A DNA stretch of 64,000 nt from Endomicrobiia bacterium (GTDB lineage: Bacteria; Elusimicrobiota; Endomicrobiia; DTEH01), in assembly GCA_039630545.1 (NCBI GenBank), contig JBCNUU010000007.1, positions 34,590-98,589 on the forward strand, read 5' to 3'. Position numbers and translations under genes: made by a program. Positions 59,721 to 64,000 of the stretch are shown here, one piece after another. The stretch's first letter is position 1; each line of letters begins with the position of its first letter. Below the pieces are notes generated by a model. That model was not told the origin of the DNA, did no database searches, and saw only the letters and a list, made by a program, of their open reading frames with translations.

Positions 59721-60695
59721 ATGAGAAAAGTTGAAATCTCTCTTAAAAATACATCTATAAAAATCCTCTATGGAAATATAACCAAAATAAAAGTTGATGC
59801 TGTTGTTAACCCACTTAATAATAAACTAGAAATATGTGATGCTTTGGCGAAACTTATAAGAAAAAAATTAGTAAAAGAGATTCAAAAAAAATGCCAAGAA
59901 ATTTCTTCGTTAAAAACTGGAGAATCTGTAATTACTTCTTCAGGAAAATTAAAATGCTGTAAGTATATGATTCACACTGTTGTTACGAATACGAATTTTA
60001 AAACAAATCAGGAATATATAAGATCAGCTATAAATACAGCTTTAAAAGTAGCTGATGAAAACAAAATTACTTCTATTTCTTTCCCTGCTTTATGTTTTGG
60101 TACAGGGGAATTCCCTTATAAAGATTTAGCAAAAATTATGGCAGAAGAAATCACAAAGTATATTATAGAAAATAAAGACACAAATATAAAAGAGATAATT
60201 TTTGTTGTAAAACAAAAAAAAGTATTTAAAACTTTTTCAGAAGTAATTTCTGAGCATGTAGGATATATTAATCGCAAAATAGGTGTATATCCTATTCCTA
60301 CAGTTGACATAATAATAAATGTAAAAATAAAACACAAATCAGGGATAGTTTTAGTTCAACGGAAAAATCCTCCCTATGGTTGGGCTCTTCCAGGAGGTTT
60401 TGTAGAATATAATGAATCATTAGAAAATGCTGCCTTAAGAGAGGCAAAAGAAGAAACAGGTCTTGAAGTTAAAAATTTAAAACAATTCCACACTTATTCC
60501 CAGCCAGGTAGAGATCCAAGATTTCATACCATCTCTACTGTATTTGTTGCTGATGCAGAGGAATTACCAAAAGCAGGTTCGGATGCCAAAAGAGTTGTTG
60601 TAGCTACAAAGGAAGAAATTCTTGCTAATAAATATCAGTTAGTTTTCGACCATAAGAAAATTTTGCTTGATTACTTTTCCAGTAGATATAATTAA
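59721..60695 (+). CDS. Macro domain - Nudix hydrolase fusion
   Basis: GNIT...DAVVN, ITSSGKL, IHTV, SISFPAL; Nudix box [31 protein letters not shown]. Confidence 0.9.
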   Translation: MRKVEISLKNTSIKILYGNITKIKVDAVVNPLNNKLEICDALAKLIRKKLVKEIQKKCQEISSLKTGESVITSSGKLKCCKYMIHTVVTNTNFKTNQEYIRSAINTALKVADENKITSISFPALCFGTGEFPYKDLAKIMAEEITKYIIENKDTNIKEIIFVVKQKKVFKTFSEVISEHVGYINRKIGVYPIPTVDIIINVKIKHKSGIVLVQRKNPPYGWALPGGFVEYNESLENAALREAKEETGLEVKNLKQFHTYSQPGRDPRFHTISTVFVADAEELPKAGSDAKRVVVATKEEILANKYQLVFDHKKILLDYFSSRYN

Positions 60696-60738
60696 TTAAA
60701 AGCTTTTAAACTTTTAAACTTATATTTTAGGAGGTAGA

Positions 60739-61749
60739 GTGAAAATTTTAATTACAGGAGTTGCTGGATTTATAGGTTTTCATCTTGCTAAAAAGTTGTT
60801 GAATGAAAAAAAAGAGGTTGTGGGCGTAGATAATCTTAATCATTACTATGATGTTAATTTAAAACTTTCAAGGTTAAAACAAATCAAAAATTATAAAAAT
60901 TTTAAGTTTATAAAACTTGATTTAAAAAATCCTAAAAAGGTTTTAGAAATTTTTAAAATACATAAATTTGACTGCATACTTCACATGGCAGCCCAACCTG
61001 GTGTAAAATTTTCAATTGAAAATCCGTATCAATACATAGATAGCAACATTATCTCTACAGTAAATCTTTTTGAAGCAGTAAGAAAAAATTCTGTTAAACA
61101 TTTTATTTTAGCTTCTACAAGTTCTGTCTACGGAGCAAATAGAGTTGTTCCTTTTTCTGTCCATCACAATACTGATCATCCAATATCTTTTTATGCAGCA
61201 ACAAAAAAGTCAGCAGAGCTTATTGCACATTATTACTCAGCCATATTTAGTATTCCTACTACAATTTTAAGATTTTTCACAGTGTATGGGCCATGGGGTA
61301 GACCTGATATGTCATATTTTTTGTTTACAAAGAATATCTTAGAAGAAAAGCCGATTAATGTATATAATTACGGAAAGACAAAAAGAGATTTTACTTATAT
61401 TGATGATATAGTAGAATGTGTGATAAGAGTGATGTTAAAGCCTCCTGTGTTAAATTCCAGCTGGGATGCTGAAAAACTTGATCCCGCCAGCAGTTTTGCT
61501 CCGTATAGAGTTTACAATGTAGGTAACAATAAACCGGTAGAAATTTTAAGGCTCATAGAATTATTAGAAGAATACTTGGGAAAAAAAGCTAAAAAGAACC
61601 TTTTAAAAGAAATGCAACCAGGTGATGTTTTAGAAACATATGCAGAAATAGATGATTTGATAAAAGATTTTGAATTTAAACCTTCAACATCTATTGAAGA
61701 AGGAATTAAAAAGTTTGTGGAATGGTATAAGAATTATTATAAAGTATAA
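60739..61749 (+). CDS. NAD-dependent epimerase (UDP-glucuronate 4-epimerase / CapI-like)
   Basis: TGVAGFIG, STSSVYG, YAATKK, RFFTVYGPWGRPDM. Confidence 0.92.
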   Translation: MKILITGVAGFIGFHLAKKLLNEKKEVVGVDNLNHYYDVNLKLSRLKQIKNYKNFKFIKLDLKNPKKVLEIFKIHKFDCILHMAAQPGVKFSIENPYQYIDSNIISTVNLFEAVRKNSVKHFILASTSSVYGANRVVPFSVHHNTDHPISFYAATKKSAELIAHYYSAIFSIPTTILRFFTVYGPWGRPDMSYFLFTKNILEEKPINVYNYGKTKRDFTYIDDIVECVIRVMLKPPVLNSSWDAEKLDPASSFAPYRVYNVGNNKPVEILRLIELLEEYLGKKAKKNLLKEMQPGDVLETYAEIDDLIKDFEFKPSTSIEEGIKKFVEWYKNYYKV

Positions 61750-61751
61750 TT

Positions 61752-62867
61752 ATGAAAAAGATATTATTTATTTTCGGTACAAGACCTGAAGCAATTAAAT
61801 TGGCCCCTCTTATTATTGAGTTTAAAAAATATCCCTCAAAATTCAAAGTTGGAGTGTGTGTGACTTCTCAACACAAAGAGATGCTTCAACAGGTTATTGA
61901 TTTTTTCAAAATTCCAGTTGATTATAATCTCCACATAATGGAACCTAATCAGACATTGTTTAAAATAACTTCAAAAATCATTGAAAGATTAGAAAAGGTA
62001 ATTGAAAGTTTTGACCCTTATTTAATTTTTGTGCAAGGAGATGCTTCATCAGCGTTTATAGGAGCACTTGCTGGTTTTTATAAAAAAATAAAAATTGCAC
62101 ATGTTGAGGCTGGATTAAGGAGTTATAACAAATATGCTCCTTTTCCTGAAGAAATAAATCGTATTTTAATTTCTCACATTGCAGATTATCATTTTGCCCC
62201 TACTAAACAGGCAAAAGAAAACTTAAAAAAAGAAGGAATTACAAAAAATGTTTGGGTGGTAGGCAACACAGTAATAGATGCTTTGTTTTTAACATTAGAA
62301 ATTATAAAAAATGATGAGAAGAAATATAAAGAGTATTTTAAATTTTTAGATTTTAACAAAAAAATAATTTTAGTCACTGGCCACAGACGCGAAAGTTTTG
62401 GAGAACCACTTAAACAGATATGTTTAGCTTTAAAAGAAATATCAGAAAAGTTTGAAAATGATATAGAAATAGTTTATCCTGTTCATCTTAATCCAAATGT
62501 TAAAAAACCAGTGTTTGAGATCCTTAAAGGTAAAAAAAATATTCATCTTATAGAACCTCTTTCTTATCCATATTTTGTATGGCTATTAAATAACTCTTAC
62601 TTTATAATAACAGACTCAGGAGGAATCCAAGAAGAAGCTCCATCTTTAGGAAAACCAGTATTAGTTACAAGAGAAGTCACAGAAAGAACAGAAGCAATAA
62701 AAGCAGGTACAAGTAGGCTTGTTGGAGTAAATAAAGAAAAGATAGTTAAATCGGCAGAAGGTTTACTATTAAATAAACCTAAATATTTTAAGATGGCAAA
62801 CATAAAAAATCCCTATGGAGATGGAAAATCATCTGAAAAAATAGTAAAAATTGTAAGTAATTTATAA
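61752..62867 (+). CDS. wecB: UDP-N-acetylglucosamine 2-epimerase (non-hydrolysing)
   Basis: GTRPEAIK, HVEAGLRS, HRRES, TDSGGIQEEAP. Confidence 0.96.
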   Translation: MKKILFIFGTRPEAIKLAPLIIEFKKYPSKFKVGVCVTSQHKEMLQQVIDFFKIPVDYNLHIMEPNQTLFKITSKIIERLEKVIESFDPYLIFVQGDASSAFIGALAGFYKKIKIAHVEAGLRSYNKYAPFPEEINRILISHIADYHFAPTKQAKENLKKEGITKNVWVVGNTVIDALFLTLEIIKNDEKKYKEYFKFLDFNKKIILVTGHRRESFGEPLKQICLALKEISEKFENDIEIVYPVHLNPNVKKPVFEILKGKKNIHLIEPLSYPYFVWLLNNSYFIITDSGGIQEEAPSLGKPVLVTREVTERTEAIKAGTSRLVGVNKEKIVKSAEGLLLNKPKYFKMANIKNPYGDGKSSEKIVKIVSNL

Positions 62868-62944
62868 TTAGTAGTAAGTAGTAATTTTTTACGGTTATTA
62901 GATTTTATATACTTTAGCACAATCTAAATCTGATTCTAAGAAAT

Positions 62945-64000
62945 ATGGACAGAGTTATAAATTTTAATTTATTTAAGAAAATGAAAGAAATATATCTGTC
63001 AAAAAGTAAAAAAACACTCTTAGAAAATTTTTTATCATTGAGTTTTTTACAAGTAGCAAATTACATTTTCCCTTTACTTACACTACCTTACCTTGTGCGG
63101 GTTTTAAAGCCTGAAAAATACGGCCTTATAGCTTTTGCGAACGCTTTTGTTGGATACTTTATGATTTTAACTGATTATGGGTTTCATCTTTCAGCACCAA
63201 GGGAAATTTCTATCAACCGTGATAATAAACAAAAACTTTCAGAGATTTTTAGTTCTGTAATGATCATAAAATTCTTTTTAGTGTTATTTTCATTAGTTTT
63301 AATGACAGCAACAATATTTTTATTTGACAAATTTCGCCGGGACTGGCTTTTATACTATTTAACCTTTGGTGTAGTTTTAGGTAATGTAATGTTTCCTACT
63401 TGGTTTTTTCAAGGTATAGAAAATATGAAGTTTATCACCTTATTAAATCTTATTGCTAAACTTATTTTCACAGTTTCAATTTTTGTTTTTGTAAGAAAAC
63501 AAGCAGATTATTATTTTGTTCCTTTGCTTAACTCTTTAGGTTTTATCGTAGCAGGTATACTTTCAATTTTTATTGTAATAAAAAACTTTGGAGTTAAATT
63601 TATAATTCCAGTTAGAGAACAAATCCTACATCAACTTAAAGAAGGCTGGCATGTGTTTATTTCTACTGTGGCAGTAAGTCTATATACAACTTCTAACACT
63701 TTCATACTTGGGTTGTTTACTGACCGTAAGAATGTGGCGTATTTTGCAGCTGGAGAGAAAATTGTTAGATCTATTCAAAGTTTGTGGTCTCCAGTTTCAC
63801 AAGTATTATACCCATATTTTTCAAAAGTCTTTGCTGTTTCACTGGATAAAGCTACGCAATCATTTAGAAAAATATTGAATTTTACTTTCTTGTTAACTCT
63901 TTTAATTTCAATACTAGGATGTTTAAGTGCTCCATTTTTTGTGAAATTTTTACTTGGTCAGGATTTTGAGAATGCTATTCCAGTAGTTCGGATATTGATT
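62945..64000 (+). CDS. wzx: Wzx-type polysaccharide flippase, 3'-truncated by window edge (absent from ORF track)
   Basis: Manual translation: ENFLSLSFLQVANYIFPLLTLPYLVRVL...YG...LTDYGF...WFFQGIE; start 62945 or 62981. Confidence 0.9.
   Translation, partial: MDRVINFNLFKKMKEIYLSKSKKTLLENFLSLSFLQVANYIFPLLTLPYLVRVLKPEKYGLIAFANAFVGYFMILTDYGFHLSAPREISINRDNKQKLSEIFSSVMIIKFFLVLFSLVLMTATIFLFDKFRRDWLLYYLTFGVVLGNVMFPTWFFQGIENMKFITLLNLIAKLIFTVSIFVFVRKQADYYFVPLLNSLGFIVAGILSIFIVIKNFGVKFIIPVREQILHQLKEGWHVFISTVAVSLYTTSNTFILGLFTDRKNVAYFAAGEKIVRSIQSLWSPVSQVLYPYFSKVFAVSLDKATQSFRKILNFTFLLTLLISILGCLSAPFFVKFLLGQDFENAIPVVRILI

Noticed and set aside
640..62803. Many short antisense or alternate-frame ORFs (e.g. 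640-1044, 19585-20034, 27836-28294, 44880-45197, 56445-56801)
   Set aside because: Shadows of well-supported genes, with no RBS or recognisable motifs
1..64000. CRISPR array, IS element, rRNA, selenoprotein readthrough
   Set aside because: No spaced repeats, transposase or rRNA-like segment seen; no TGA found at a catalytic Cys position

Overview
AT-rich bacterial chromosomal window from a diderm, probably anaerobic organism. The pilin style, O-antigen-ligase/TPR protein and overall gene content suggest Elusimicrobiota, but that is inference only. Contents in order: (1) 1-8.8 kb, an iron/oxidative-stress island (VIT1/CCC1, desulfoferrodoxin, T4-endoV-like gene with an internal amber codon, thioredoxin reductase, protein-disulfide oxidoreductase, ferritin, an unannotated 7-Cys desulforedoxin-like mini-protein, rubrerythrin-like protein) interleaved with outer-membrane protein genes. 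(2) tsaE-tsaB, an excisionase-type HTH coupled to an atypical KamA radical SAM enzyme, a tandem-repeat basic mini-protein, tRNA-Ala and a GAF/HD-GYP/PilZ protein. (3) A ~27 kb minus-strand run: orphan V-ATPase F-A, thrC, rdgB, tRNA-Ser, recN, 2-oxoacid:ferredoxin oxidoreductase, ArgA-like GNAT, DinG, nfo, and mraZ-to-murG reading straight into pyrR-B-C-K. (4) AmmeMemoRadiSam B-A fusion, tRNA-Glu, a decayed methyltransferase, TetR-TolC-RND efflux with visible operators, pilin and pilD. (5) A nitroreductase-amrS-lipoprotein operon whose products all carry export-like leaders. (6) O-antigen ligase/TPR, rlmD, pcrA, gatC, rpmB, a macro-Nudix fusion and the start of a polysaccharide locus. No CRISPR array, integrase or transposase was seen. 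The best candidates for an undescribed system are the apparently envelope-targeted AmmeMemoRadiSam module and the HTH / variant-KamA / basic-repeat-protein locus. All product calls come from motif recognition by eye; no searches were run.
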